Shown here in pieces: positions 10,325 through 20,437 of a stretch of DNA of 64,000 nt. The stretch covers positions 3,648,001-3,712,000 of the forward strand of contig OZ241875.1 in NCBI GenBank assembly GCA_965203325.1, read 5' to 3'. The DNA comes from a bacterium. GTDB taxonomy: Bacteria; UBA8248. The notes under the pieces were generated by a model, which was not told the origin of the DNA, ran no database searches, and saw only the letters and a program-made list of their open reading frames with translations. Each line of letters begins with the position of its first letter. The stretch's first letter is position 1. A program made the translations under genes and the position numbers.

Positions 10325-11044
10325 ATGCCCATGAGAGCGCTTGCGCAGGCCGTAAGGTTCCTGACGGTTTTACCCTGGCCGGGTGCGCCCCGGGCGCCTG
10401 AAGCGGAAGATATGGCGCGAACGCTCGTGCGTTTTCCGTTCGTCGGTCTCCTTATCGGGGCGATCCTCATCGCCCTGGACTGGGCGCTCGCCGGCGCTTT
10501 TTCCGTTTCGGTGCGGAGCGCCCTACTCGTCGTCGCGCTCATCGCCTTGACCCGTGGTAACTCCCTGGGCGGATTGTCGGATTTCGCGGACACGCTTGGG
10601 TTTAGACACCATGTAAAAGAAGGGCCAGCGGGTCCCGTTGGTATTGCTCTCACCATCGGCGCGCTCCTGCTCAAATTCGTCGCCTTGAGTGAACTCCAGG
10701 GATATGAGCGCTACCTTGCGCTATTGATTTCGCCCATTCTCGCCCGCTCGTCCATGGCCTATCTCATCGCGTCGTCGCCATCGGTGCGCGAAGCGGAAGA
10801 GGGCGATCGGGGGTCCGCTCGGCCATCGAACCCGCGAGATGGATATATCGCGCTGGGCTGGTCTTTTCTGCTCTGCTTTCTCCTGGGGTGGTTCTGGGGG
10901 CTGTTCCTGGCCGTCGTGGCCCTGTGCGTCACGTGGGGTCTCAAGCGACTATTCGATAAACCGGAGAGAGAAGTCAGAGATGCGCCCGGCGCTGCGAGCG
11001 AAATCATCGAAACGATGACGCTCGTTCTTTTTTCTTCATGGTGA
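10325..11044 (+). CDS. CobS-like (adenosylcobinamide-GDP ribazoletransferase family) membrane protein, divergent
   Basis: A..FLT.LP, FP.VGL.IG, GLSDFAD, LLLKF..L, GA..EI.E match the CobS layout; core motif altered. Confidence 0.7.
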   Translation: MPMRALAQAVRFLTVLPWPGAPRAPEAEDMARTLVRFPFVGLLIGAILIALDWALAGAFSVSVRSALLVVALIALTRGNSLGGLSDFADTLGFRHHVKEGPAGPVGIALTIGALLLKFVALSELQGYERYLALLISPILARSSMAYLIASSPSVREAEEGDRGSARPSNPRDGYIALGWSFLLCFLLGWFWGLFLAVVALCVTWGLKRLFDKPEREVRDAPGAASEIIETMTLVLFSSW

Positions 11045-11255
11045 AATATTTTTCTGTTTTTTCGTCCTATTTCGTAAATTTTCCCCACTTTCCCCCACTA
11101 ATTATTTAATTTAATTTTAATTTCAATGAATTAAATAAATTTATTAAAGTAATACATTAAATTATTTCCTCAAAATAGGCTTGAAAAATATAAGATGTTT
11201 TATGGTTTTTCTTTATAGAAATCATTGTTTTTTCTAACTTTTCTAAATTACCGCC

Positions 11256-11320
11256 TTGACAGATATTTCATCCGGGAGTATAAATGTAAGCCTAAGTGGG
11301 AAAATATGGGGTAAAGTGGG
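11256..11320 (+). promoter_or_regulatory. Sigma70 promoter of the dcw operon with three MraZ boxes
   Basis: TTGACA(11256)-17 nt-TATAAA(11279); (G/A)TGGG at 11296, 11306 and 11316, spaced 10 bp apart. Confidence 0.85.
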
Positions 11321-11333
11321 AGGTGCAGGAGAG

Positions 11334-11783
11334 ATGCTCATCAGCGCCCATCCGGTATCGGTGGATGCAAAAGGCCGCGTCAGTATTCCGGCGCGGTTCA
11401 GGGAGCATCTGAGCGCCACTTACGGCGATCAGGTCGTTCTTCTCGGCAAGGATGGCTGCATATTCGTCTATCCCGTTCGGGAATGGAAACGCAAGTTCAG
11501 CGAGAAACTCAGTGAGCTGTCCACCTCCACCAAAGAGGTTCGCCGCACTCTCCGAAGGCTCTATGGCCGCGCCGTATCGTGCGAGTTCGATCGGCAGGGC
11601 AGGATCCTCTTGCCCGCGAAATTGCGCTCGAATTCTTCCATCGAGAAGGACGCCGTTGTCGCGGGCATCGAAAACAGGCTGGAGATTTGGGACAAGGCGA
11701 AATGGGATGAGGAAGTAGAGGATGGGGAATCCGGGGCCGCCGATGAGGAGTCTGCTGAAGATTTGATCGAATTCGAATTCTGA
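11334..11783 (+). CDS. mraZ: Transcriptional regulator MraZ
   Basis: DAKGRVSIP and DRQGRILLP repeats, LEIWD; ATG after AGGAGAG. Confidence 0.95.
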   Translation: MLISAHPVSVDAKGRVSIPARFREHLSATYGDQVVLLGKDGCIFVYPVREWKRKFSEKLSELSTSTKEVRRTLRRLYGRAVSCEFDRQGRILLPAKLRSNSSIEKDAVVAGIENRLEIWDKAKWDEEVEDGESGAADEESAEDLIEFEF

Positions 11784-11882
11784 TGCGGGCTCAAAGGGGG
11801 AGCGGGTGTGTTTGCCGCACTGGAAAAACCAATTTCAAGCGAATACGCCGCAGAGGAACATTTTTGCGGTGAGAATATGGAC

Positions 11883-12806
11883 ATGACGGCATCTCACGTC
11901 CCGGTCATGGTTCAGGAGGTCTTGCGCTTCCTGGCGCCATCTCCGGGCGCTGTGTTCTTAGATACTACCTTGGGCGGAGGGGAACATGGCGACGCGGTTT
12001 TGGATGCGGTTCAGCCATCGGGTGTGTTGATCGGCTGTGACCGGGACCGAGATGCCGTAGAAACCTGCAAGAAGCGGCTGGCGAAGTATGGGGACGCCGC
12101 CAGGATTCATCATGCGCATCACGGCGAAATGAAGCGCATCGTGAGGGCCGAGGGGTATGAATCGGTCGACGGTGTTTTGTTCGACCTCGGACTTTCCTCG
12201 ATGCAACTGGACACGCCCGGCCGCGGGTTCCGCATGAACGCGCCCGAGCCTCTGGACATGCGCATGGACCGGACGCAGGGGCCGACCGCAGCCGATTTGA
12301 TCGATCAATTACCGGAAGAAGAACTCGCCAATCTCATCTATCGATACGGGGAAGAGCGCCACTCCCGCGCCATCGCGCGCGCCATCGGGCGTGCGCGCGC
12401 GGATGGAGGCGTGAGGCGATGCGATGAACTCGCATCGCTCATCGCCACGGTCGCTGCCAGAAGGAGCGGCCGCCGCGGGAGGCGTTGGCGCATTCACCCC
12501 GCAACCCGGACGTTCCAGGCGCTGCGGATCGCCGTGAATCGTGAGCTGGAGACTCTCGAGGATTCCTTGCGCGATGCGGTGGACCTCCTGCGCCCGGGCG
12601 GGCGAATCGTCGTTATCAGCTTTCACTCGCTGGAAGACAGGATCGTCAAGAACCTCTTTCGCGGACTCTCCGGCGGCGAGGAGCCGACACTCGAAACCCT
12701 GACCCGCAGGGTCGTCCGGCCCGACGAGGCGGAGGTGAGTGAAAACCCGCGCAGCCGCAGCGCAAAATTGCGCGCCGCCGAGCGCCTCGGGGAGGATGTA
12801 GGGTGA
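11883..12806 (+). CDS. rsmH: 16S rRNA m4C1402 methyltransferase
   Basis: HVPVM, D.TLG.G.H, DLGLSS.QLD, PLDMRM, HPATRTFQALRI, FHSLEDR, NPRSRSAKLR; start could be 11877. Confidence 0.96.
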   Translation: MTASHVPVMVQEVLRFLAPSPGAVFLDTTLGGGEHGDAVLDAVQPSGVLIGCDRDRDAVETCKKRLAKYGDAARIHHAHHGEMKRIVRAEGYESVDGVLFDLGLSSMQLDTPGRGFRMNAPEPLDMRMDRTQGPTAADLIDQLPEEELANLIYRYGEERHSRAIARAIGRARADGGVRRCDELASLIATVAARRSGRRGRRWRIHPATRTFQALRIAVNRELETLEDSLRDAVDLLRPGGRIVVISFHSLEDRIVKNLFRGLSGGEEPTLETLTRRVVRPDEAEVSENPRSRSAKLRAAERLGEDVG

Positions 12807-13150
12807 GACGCCCGAAAACCCGCGGCGGATGGCGAGAGAGAATCGGCGCGGCGTCTGCCGGTTCGGGCGTCTCGCTGCTCAAGGCGGGTCTGTGCATTAC
12901 TTTCATCGCATGCAGCGCCGCCGCTTTGGTGTGGCCGCATCTGGAGATGGTGAAGATCGGGTATCGCCTGGCGAATCTGGAGCACCAAAGAGAAAAGCTC
13001 TTGCAGGACAGGCGCGTCCTGCGAATCGAAATAGCCGCGCTTCGGCAGCTGGATCGCATCGAGTCGATTGCGCGGAAAAAACTGGAAATGGTTTTTCCGG
13101 AACCCGGGCAAATAGTGTATGTAAGAACAGGGTCTGGACGTGTAGAGTAA
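12803..13150 (+). CDS. ftsL: Cell division protein FtsL
   Basis: One TM, leucine-zipper, RIE.IAR.KL.M..P; between rsmH and ftsI. Confidence 0.85.
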   Translation: MRRPKTRGGWRERIGAASAGSGVSLLKAGLCITFIACSAAALVWPHLEMVKIGYRLANLEHQREKLLQDRRVLRIEIAALRQLDRIESIARKKLEMVFPEPGQIVYVRTGSGRVE

Positions 13151-13187
13151 CCGTCCCTTCTCCCTCCCGCCCATAGCAGGTTGGCCC

Positions 13188-15041
13188 ATGAAGCAGGGCT
13201 TCTCTCGTCGCTTGATCGTTTGCGGCTCCTTGGTGGCGTTCGGATTTTGCATGTTGGGCGTCAAGCTCTTCATCATCCAAATCCGCGATCGTGATCACCT
13301 CGTAGCCTATGCGGAGCGCCAGTTGCGCCGCACGCTCGTGGTGCGCCCCAGGCGCGGAGACGTCGTGGACGCGAGGGGCCGGCCTCTGGCGGTGAGCATC
13401 AACGCACCCTCTCTTTTCGCCAACGCCAGGGTGGTGTCCGATCCGGTGGGCGTCTCGCTGGCGCTCAAGGAAATTCTGGGCGGCTCGGTGGGGGATTATC
13501 TCGATAAATTGAACGGCCGCCGAAGTTATGTATGGCTCAAGCGGAAAATCAATCCCGATCAAAAAGGAAAAATCGAAAAGCTGGGGATCGACGGCCTGGG
13601 CTTCGTCACTGAAAGCATGCGCTTCTATCCCAAGCGCGAACTCGCATCCTCTCTGGTCGGCTTCGTCGGCGTTGATGATGCGGGCATGTATGGCGTGGAG
13701 CAATCCTACCAGGAGCACATGGGGGGGCGCGTGGGCCGCATTCGTATCCAGCGCGACGCGAAGGGCAGGCCGGCTCATCCCGAATCAAGGGTTCTCGTGC
13801 CGGCGCGTCCGGGCGCGGACGTTCGCCTCACCATCGATGAGGTGCTTCAGCACATCGTCGAAAAAGAGTTGAGCGCCCAGGTCCGCCGCGTTGGCGCGCG
13901 GCGCGCCATCGGGGTCATGGTCGAGCCCCAAAGCGGCAGAATTCTGGCCTTGGCGTCCGTACCGGGGTTCAACCCCAACGCGTATCGACTTTACGGCGCA
14001 TCCCTTTGGAAAGAGCCCGCCATCCAGGAATTCTACGAACCCGGCTCGACGTTCAAGATCATCACGGCGGCGGCCTATCTGGACGCAGGCGAGTCGCTCT
14101 CGAAAAAGTATTTCGCCGAAAACGGCTCCTACCGGTTTGGAGGGGGGCGCTACACCCTCCGGGATCATAAAAAATACGGCTGGCTCACCGCCGAAGAGGT
14201 GATTGTGAAATCATCGAACATCGGCACATTCAAGATGGCGCGTGATATCGGCGAGCACCAGCTCCATTTCATGGCGCACCGTTTTGGTTTTGGCCGCAAG
14301 ACGGGGATCAATTTCCCCGGAGAAGCCCTGGGCGTCCTTCGCGCGCCGAAGAAGTGGTCGAAAACCTCGTTGGCGGCGGTAGCCATCGGGCAGGAAGTGG
14401 GTGTCACTCCGCTTCAGATGGTGATGGCTGTGGCCGCGGTGGCGAACGGCGGCCTGATGCCCCGGCCCGTTCTGCACGATTCCATCGGACGAAACGAAAA
14501 GGAGACGCTCCCGGCCCAGAGGCAGGAGTTCAGGCGTGTTCTCTCCCGCCGCGTGGCGGAGCGTCTCGGCGTTTTGATGAGGAAGGTCGTGACCGGGGGC
14601 ACGGGGAGAAAGGCCGAAATTCCGGGTTACGGCGCCGCGGGGAAAACGGGTACGGCGCAGAAGGTTCTCCCGGGTCAGCGAGGCTACAGCCGCTCGAAAT
14701 TCATCATGTCGTTCGTGGGTTTCGCCCCCTACGAGAACCCCCGTTTCGCCCTCATCGTCATCTTCGATGAGGGCAAGGGGCCCGCAGGCGCATGGGGGGG
14801 TACTGTCGCGGCGCCGGTTTGGCGGCGAATCGCCTGGCAGGCGCTGCGCTACATGCGTGTGCCTCCGGTGGGAGCCAGGATCCTGCAGGTGGCGGATTCG
14901 CGCCCTCGGGTTCGCGTTGGGGTTGATCCGGAGAACGGAGATCGAACGATAGGCGAGAAGGTTCTGGACGCCGCAAGAGAGGTGCGCCGCTATCTGCATG
15001 GCGATCGGGCGCAGGCGGCTTCATGGGATGCGACGCGTTGA
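13188..15041 (+). CDS. ftsI: Penicillin-binding protein 3
   Basis: RRG...D..G, EPGSTFK, SSN, KTGTAQK. Confidence 0.93.
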   Translation: MKQGFSRRLIVCGSLVAFGFCMLGVKLFIIQIRDRDHLVAYAERQLRRTLVVRPRRGDVVDARGRPLAVSINAPSLFANARVVSDPVGVSLALKEILGGSVGDYLDKLNGRRSYVWLKRKINPDQKGKIEKLGIDGLGFVTESMRFYPKRELASSLVGFVGVDDAGMYGVEQSYQEHMGGRVGRIRIQRDAKGRPAHPESRVLVPARPGADVRLTIDEVLQHIVEKELSAQVRRVGARRAIGVMVEPQSGRILALASVPGFNPNAYRLYGASLWKEPAIQEFYEPGSTFKIITAAAYLDAGESLSKKYFAENGSYRFGGGRYTLRDHKKYGWLTAEEVIVKSSNIGTFKMARDIGEHQLHFMAHRFGFGRKTGINFPGEALGVLRAPKKWSKTSLAAVAIGQEVGVTPLQMVMAVAAVANGGLMPRPVLHDSIGRNEKETLPAQRQEFRRVLSRRVAERLGVLMRKVVTGGTGRKAEIPGYGAAGKTGTAQKVLPGQRGYSRSKFIMSFVGFAPYENPRFALIVIFDEGKGPAGAWGGTVAAPVWRRIAWQALRYMRVPPVGARILQVADSRPRVRVGVDPENGDRTIGEKVLDAAREVRRYLHGDRAQAASWDATR

Positions 15042-15049
15042 ACGGAGCG

Positions 15050-16546
15050 ATGGTCGTGAGTGAGAAGAGCGCCTCATTCGAGGAATTGACACGGGCCGTG
15101 CCCGGCGCAAGGGCCGCCGGAGATTTTTCCGCCCAAATCACCGGCGTGGCTTACGATTCGCGCCTCGTCGTGCCGGGCGACGTCTTCGTGGCGGTGGTGG
15201 GCTTCCAGGCGGATGGGCACAATTTCGCCAAGGACGCTGTAGATGGGGGCGCGGCCGCCCTCGTCGTGGAGAGAAAAATAGAGGGGGTCTCCCCCGAGGT
15301 GCCCCAGTTCGTCGCGTCCTCCTGCCGCGAGGCCTTATCCCGCATCGGCGATGCGTTCTACGGGCATCCCTCGGGAGAGTTGGCGCTCATCGGCGTTACG
15401 GGCACGAACGGAAAGACGACCACCGCGTTTCTCATCGACGCGATTCTCCGCGCCTCGGGCAGGCGCACCGGCTTGATGGGGACGATTCATTACCGTGTGG
15501 GCGATGAAGTGTTCGAGGAGCCTCGAACGACCTCGGAAGGCCCCGACCTGCAGCGGTATCTGCGCCGCATGGCGGACGCGGGCGCTTCCCACACGGTAAT
15601 GGAAGTGTCGAGCCACGGACTGGCCCTGGACAGATTGTTCGGCTGCGAGTTCCAGGCGGCGGTATTCACGAATCTTACCCAGGACCATCTCGATTTTCAT
15701 GGCGACATGGAGGCTTACTTTCAGGCCAAACTGAAGCTGTTCAAAGAGTTTTCGCCCGCAAATTCCATCGTCAACGTCGATGACGCCTACGGAAGGAGAA
15801 TCGCCGAGGAGGCGAGGGGGCGAGTCTGGACGTACGCCGCCGGTTCCGGGGCGGACCTGGGCGTGGAGGATCTTTCGAGTTCCTCTTCGGGCATGCGTTT
15901 CCAGATGCTGACGCCCGCCGGAAGGGTGGGTGTCGAAACGGCGCTCATCGGCCGCCACAACCTGAGCAACATCCTGGCCGCATCGGCGGCTTGTCTCTCC
16001 CAGGGCTTGACGCCCGAAGAAGTGGCGGCGGGGGTCGCGTCTCTGGAGAACATACCCGGACGCTTCGAGAAGGTCGACATGGGTCAACCCTTCTTGGTGG
16101 TGGTGGATTACGCGCACACCGAGGACGCCCTCGCGCGCGTGCTGGAATTCGCCCGGCCTGTCACGGAGGGAAGAATCCTCACCCTCATGGGGTGCGGAGG
16201 CGACAGGGACAGAAATAAGCGTCCTCTCATGGCCGCCGCCGCCCTGCGGGGGAGCGACTACGTGGTGATGACGTCGGATAATCCGCGCACCGAAGACCCC
16301 GCGTCGATCCTGAGAGAAGTCGAATCCGGCGCCGCTCTCGCGCCCTCGAGCGTCGGCCGCTGGCGCAGCATTCTGGACAGGCGCGAGGCGATTCGGGCCA
16401 TCGTCGCCGAAGCGCGCGAGGGAGACGCCGTGGTCATCGCGGGCAAGGGGCACGAGACGTATCAGATTCTGGGAACCGAGCGTACGCCGTTCGACGATCG
16501 CGAAGAGGCCCGCACGGCGCTGCGCCTCGCGGGATACGAGAGATGA
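15050..16546 (+). CDS. murE: UDP-MurNAc-tripeptide synthase (meso-DAP type)
   Basis: GVTGTNGKTT, MEVSSH, DYAHT, GCGGDRD, DNPR, AGKGHE; start uncertain (15023-15056). Confidence 0.96.
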   Translation: MVVSEKSASFEELTRAVPGARAAGDFSAQITGVAYDSRLVVPGDVFVAVVGFQADGHNFAKDAVDGGAAALVVERKIEGVSPEVPQFVASSCREALSRIGDAFYGHPSGELALIGVTGTNGKTTTAFLIDAILRASGRRTGLMGTIHYRVGDEVFEEPRTTSEGPDLQRYLRRMADAGASHTVMEVSSHGLALDRLFGCEFQAAVFTNLTQDHLDFHGDMEAYFQAKLKLFKEFSPANSIVNVDDAYGRRIAEEARGRVWTYAAGSGADLGVEDLSSSSSGMRFQMLTPAGRVGVETALIGRHNLSNILAASAACLSQGLTPEEVAAGVASLENIPGRFEKVDMGQPFLVVVDYAHTEDALARVLEFARPVTEGRILTLMGCGGDRDRNKRPLMAAAALRGSDYVVMTSDNPRTEDPASILREVESGAALAPSSVGRWRSILDRREAIRAIVAEAREGDAVVIAGKGHETYQILGTERTPFDDREEARTALRLAGYER

Positions 16547-17958
16547 TAGGGGCGGAATCGATGACGGCTGTTTTCAGCGCAGACGAAATCGCGGCGGCTG
16601 TGAAAGGGCGTCTGGTTCGAGGCGACGGCTCCGCCCGCGCCGCCGGCGTGAGCACGGACACGCGCACGCTCGAAGCGGAAGAACTGTTCATCGCGCTCAA
16701 GGGTCCCAACTTCGATGGGGCGCAGTTCCTCGCCCAGGCGGTGGAGAAAAAAGCGGCGGGGGTCGTCGTGGAGCAAGGCGCAGATGTGCCGGATGGGGAT
16801 GCGGTTTTCGTCGTCGAGGTGGCGGACACGCTGCGGGCCCTGGGCGATCTGGCATGCGCGCACCGGAGCCGCTTCGAGATTCCCGTGGCGGGCGTAACGG
16901 GCAGCAACGGGAAGACGACGACGAAGGAGATGATAGCGGCGCTGCTCTCCGCCGGAGGCGGGACGTACAAGAGCCAGGGGAACCTGAACAACCTGGTGGG
17001 TCTCCCGCATCAGGTCCTCCGCCTGGGCGATGAGCACGCAAACGCCGTCTTCGAGATGGGGATGAGCGAGGCCGGTGAAATCAGGAGGCTCGCCGAGATC
17101 GCCCGGCCACGAATCGCCGTCATCACGAACGTCGGGCCCGCGCACATCGAAGGGCTGGGCAGCGTGGAGGCGGTGCGCGATGCGAAAGGCGAGATACTCG
17201 AAGCGATACCCCCGGACGGCGTTGCCGTGCTCTCGAACGAGGATCCCCACAGCCGTTTTCTGGCCGAGAGGCACGAGGCGGCGGGCGGGCGTGTGATTCG
17301 CTTCGGCTTTTCGCCGCCAAGCGACTTCTGGGCGGATGAGATCCGCATCGCCGCCGACGGGACGCGCTTTGCGCTCCATTGCCCAGGCGGCGAGAGCGGG
17401 GTTCGGCTCAAGGCGCTGGGGCGCCATAACGTATTGAACGCATTGGCCGCCGCGGCTTGCGCGTCTGCGCTGGGCGTCTCCCTGGATGAAATGGCCGACG
17501 GACTCTCGCGGACCGTTCTCCCCGAAATGCGGTTCCAGGCGCGCGAGATTTCCGGACGCGGGGGCGTCCATCTGCTGGATGATTCCTACAACGCGAACCC
17601 CGCCTCCGTCGCCCGGGCGCTGGAGACGGCGAGCGCTCTCAGCGGCGGTGGGCGGCTCATCTCGGTTCTCGGCGACATGGCGGAACTGGGGCCGCTCGCC
17701 GAGCGCGCGCACCGCGAAGTGGGCCGGAAACTGGCCGCCTGCGGCGTAGACTTGTTCGTGGGTGTGGGGCCGCTGATGAGGTTCGCGTCCAATGAGGCGC
17801 GCCGCGCGGGTATGGATGGCGCCCGAATCATGAATTTTGAGGCGCCGGAGCAGGCGGCTTCTTCGCTGGGCGATATGCTCCGCTCCGGTGACTGGGTTTT
17901 GGTGAAGGGGTCGCGTTCGATGATGATGGAGCGCGTGATCGAAGGACTCGAAATCTGA
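16543..17958 (+). CDS. murF: UDP-MurNAc-pentapeptide synthase
   Basis: TGSNGKTTTKE, NLNN.VG, EMGM, DSYNANP, LGDM.ELG, KGSR. Confidence 0.96.
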   Translation: MIGAESMTAVFSADEIAAAVKGRLVRGDGSARAAGVSTDTRTLEAEELFIALKGPNFDGAQFLAQAVEKKAAGVVVEQGADVPDGDAVFVVEVADTLRALGDLACAHRSRFEIPVAGVTGSNGKTTTKEMIAALLSAGGGTYKSQGNLNNLVGLPHQVLRLGDEHANAVFEMGMSEAGEIRRLAEIARPRIAVITNVGPAHIEGLGSVEAVRDAKGEILEAIPPDGVAVLSNEDPHSRFLAERHEAAGGRVIRFGFSPPSDFWADEIRIAADGTRFALHCPGGESGVRLKALGRHNVLNALAAAACASALGVSLDEMADGLSRTVLPEMRFQAREISGRGGVHLLDDSYNANPASVARALETASALSGGGRLISVLGDMAELGPLAERAHREVGRKLAACGVDLFVGVGPLMRFASNEARRAGMDGARIMNFEAPEQAASSLGDMLRSGDWVLVKGSRSMMMERVIEGLEI

Positions 17959-19043
17959 TGCTCTATTCCGTTTTCATCTCGATGAGTCAAACGATCTCGG
18001 CGCTCAACGTGTTTCGGTTCATCACGTTCAGGACGGCGATGGCGGTGCTCACCGCCCTCGTCATGTCGCTGCTGTTGGGGCCTCGTCTCATTCGTTATCT
18101 CCAGAAGCGTCAAATCGGCGAGGTCATCCGCGACGACGGCCCCCAGACCCACATGGCGAAAAAAGGAACGCCGACGATGGGGGGGCTTCTCATCCTCTTG
18201 TGCGTGGCGGTGCCGGTTCTGCTGTGGAACGACCTCGCGAACGGCTATATCTGGCTCGCGCTCTTCGTTCTGCTCGCCTACGGTCTTCTGGGCTTCTGGG
18301 ATGATTACAAGAAAGTGATGTTGAACGACAAAAACGGCGTGAGGCCTGCCGTAAAATTTCTGGCCCAGGGGATTATCGGCCTCGCCGTGGGGTACGCCCT
18401 TTATAGCGGATTCGTGGAAGTGGATTTCCAGCCCGTCGTCATGTTCCCCTTTTTCAAGAATTTTCAGCCCGACATCGGGATGTGGTTCGTGCCCTATGCC
18501 GCACTCGTCGTCGTGTCGACGAGCAACGCCGTGAATCTCACGGACGGTCTGGACGGTCTCGCCATCGGCCCGCTGCTGATTGCGGCAGGCGCCTATCTCG
18601 TTTTCAGCTATGTCTCGGGACATGCGGGCATCTCGAAGTATCTGCTGATCCTCCACGTTCGGGGCGCGGGAGAACTGGCCATCCTCTGCGGGGCGATGTT
18701 CGGCGCGGGGCTCGGATTCTTGTGGTTCAACGCATACCCGGCGCAGGTGTTCATGGGCGACGTGGGCGCGCTTTCTCTGGGCGCACTGCTGGCCACGGTG
18801 GCGCTGGCGATCAAGCAGGAACTCCTCCTGTTCCTGGTGGGCGGTTTGTTCGTCCTGGAGACGCTCTCGGTCATCGTGCAGGTGATCTCCTTCAAGACTA
18901 CCGGCCGGCGCGTGTTCCGTATGGCGCCGCTGCATCACCACTTCGAGGAAGAGGGTTGGTCCGAACCCAAGGTGACGGTTCGCTTCTGGATAGTGGCGGT
19001 CGTTTTGGCCCTGATGAGTTTGGCGACGCTGAAACTGAGATGA
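17958..19043 (+). CDS. mraY: Phospho-MurNAc-pentapeptide transferase
   Basis: KKGTPTMGG, DDY.K, NAVNLTDGLDGLA, FMGD.G, MAPLHHHFE. Confidence 0.98.
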   Translation: MLYSVFISMSQTISALNVFRFITFRTAMAVLTALVMSLLLGPRLIRYLQKRQIGEVIRDDGPQTHMAKKGTPTMGGLLILLCVAVPVLLWNDLANGYIWLALFVLLAYGLLGFWDDYKKVMLNDKNGVRPAVKFLAQGIIGLAVGYALYSGFVEVDFQPVVMFPFFKNFQPDIGMWFVPYAALVVVSTSNAVNLTDGLDGLAIGPLLIAAGAYLVFSYVSGHAGISKYLLILHVRGAGELAILCGAMFGAGLGFLWFNAYPAQVFMGDVGALSLGALLATVALAIKQELLLFLVGGLFVLETLSVIVQVISFKTTGRRVFRMAPLHHHFEEEGWSEPKVTVRFWIVAVVLALMSLATLKLR

Positions 19044-20437
19044 GGAATCTTGTTTTGGACAACAAGGCCACGGCGTGGATAGAAGCGCTGCCCGCGCGGC
19101 GGGCGCTCGTCATGGGAATGGCGAGGAGCGGGATTGCCGCGGCGGGGGCGCTTGCGCGCCTGGGCGCGAAGGTGGTGGCCACGGACCTGGAAGAGGTTCC
19201 GGGTCTGAGCGAGCGCTTGCCCCCGGGCGTGGTTCTCGAACTCGGCGGCCACAGCGAGGCGCGTTTCGAGGAGTGCGACCTGCTGGTGGTGAGTCCGGGG
19301 ATTCCCGCGACGAACCGCTACATCGCCCTGGCGAGAGCGTCGGGCGCCGAAGTGATCGGCGAGGTGGAACTGGCCTGTCGGCTTTGTGCCGCGCCCATCG
19401 CCGCCGTCACCGGAACGAACGGGAAGACGACGGTCACCACGATGCTCGGGCGGATTCTGGAGGAAAGCGGTTTTTGCGCGCCGGTGGGCGGAAACATCGG
19501 AAGAGCCCTCGTCGAGGTGGTTGAAGCCCAAGGCGATGAGGCCGATTTCATCGTCGGCGAGGTGAGCAGCTTTCAACTCGAATGGGCGCCCACGATTAAG
19601 CCGAAAGTCGGCGTGATGACCAACGTAACGCCCGATCATCTGGACAGGCATCCGGATATCGATGCGTACGCGGACCTCAAGGCGGGGCTGTTCGCCAACC
19701 AGGGGGAGGGGGACGCCAAAATCCTGAACGCGGACGACCCCCTGACGGCGCGCTACATGACCCCCGGCCCGCAGAGCGTCCTGGCGTTCAGCCGGAAAGA
19801 ACGGGTGCGCCGGGGCGCGTTTGTAGAAGGGGCCGATGTGTTTTTGGCCGAGGAGGCCGGCGCCACCCGCGTTTGCGGCGCGAGCGAACTCCTGATTCCC
19901 GGCCTTCACAACCTCGAGAATTTTCTGGCCGCATGCGCGGCGGCGCATTTTCTGGGTGCCGACGCGGCGGCGATGGCGCGCGTGGCGCGCGCCTTCGAGG
20001 GCCTGCCCCACCGCATGGAGGTCGTCGGCGAGGTGGGGGGCGTCCGCTGGGTGAACGATTCGAAGGGAACGAACGTGGGCGCCGCGGCGATGAGCCTGGA
20101 GAGCCTGGCGGGAGACGTGTTCCTCATCGCCGGGGGCGTGGACAAGGGGAGCGACCTCGCGCCCATGCGCGCCGAGGTGGAGAAGAAGGTCCGGCGCATG
20201 ATTCTCATCGGCGAGGCGGCGGAACGATTTGGCCGTTTTTTCGATGGATGCGCGCCCCTCGTATACGCGAAGACGCTGGATGAAGCCGTTCGAATCGCAC
20301 ACGAGGAGGCGCGGGAGGGCGATACGGTTCTCCTATCGCCCGCCTGTTCGAGCTTCGATCAGTTTCGGGATTACGCCCACCGGGGCGACGCCTTCCGCCG
20401 AATGGTCCGGGAATTGACGGGGAGGGATGAGCATTGA
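19040..20437 (+). CDS. murD: UDP-MurNAc-L-Ala:D-Glu ligase
   Basis: VVSPG, TGTNGKTT, GNIG, EVSSFQL, DHLDRH, NDSKGTN, LSPACSSFDQF; ATG overlaps the mraY stop. Confidence 0.96.
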   Translation: MRNLVLDNKATAWIEALPARRALVMGMARSGIAAAGALARLGAKVVATDLEEVPGLSERLPPGVVLELGGHSEARFEECDLLVVSPGIPATNRYIALARASGAEVIGEVELACRLCAAPIAAVTGTNGKTTVTTMLGRILEESGFCAPVGGNIGRALVEVVEAQGDEADFIVGEVSSFQLEWAPTIKPKVGVMTNVTPDHLDRHPDIDAYADLKAGLFANQGEGDAKILNADDPLTARYMTPGPQSVLAFSRKERVRRGAFVEGADVFLAEEAGATRVCGASELLIPGLHNLENFLAACAAAHFLGADAAAMARVARAFEGLPHRMEVVGEVGGVRWVNDSKGTNVGAAAMSLESLAGDVFLIAGGVDKGSDLAPMRAEVEKKVRRMILIGEAAERFGRFFDGCAPLVYAKTLDEAVRIAHEEAREGDTVLLSPACSSFDQFRDYAHRGDAFRRMVRELTGRDEH

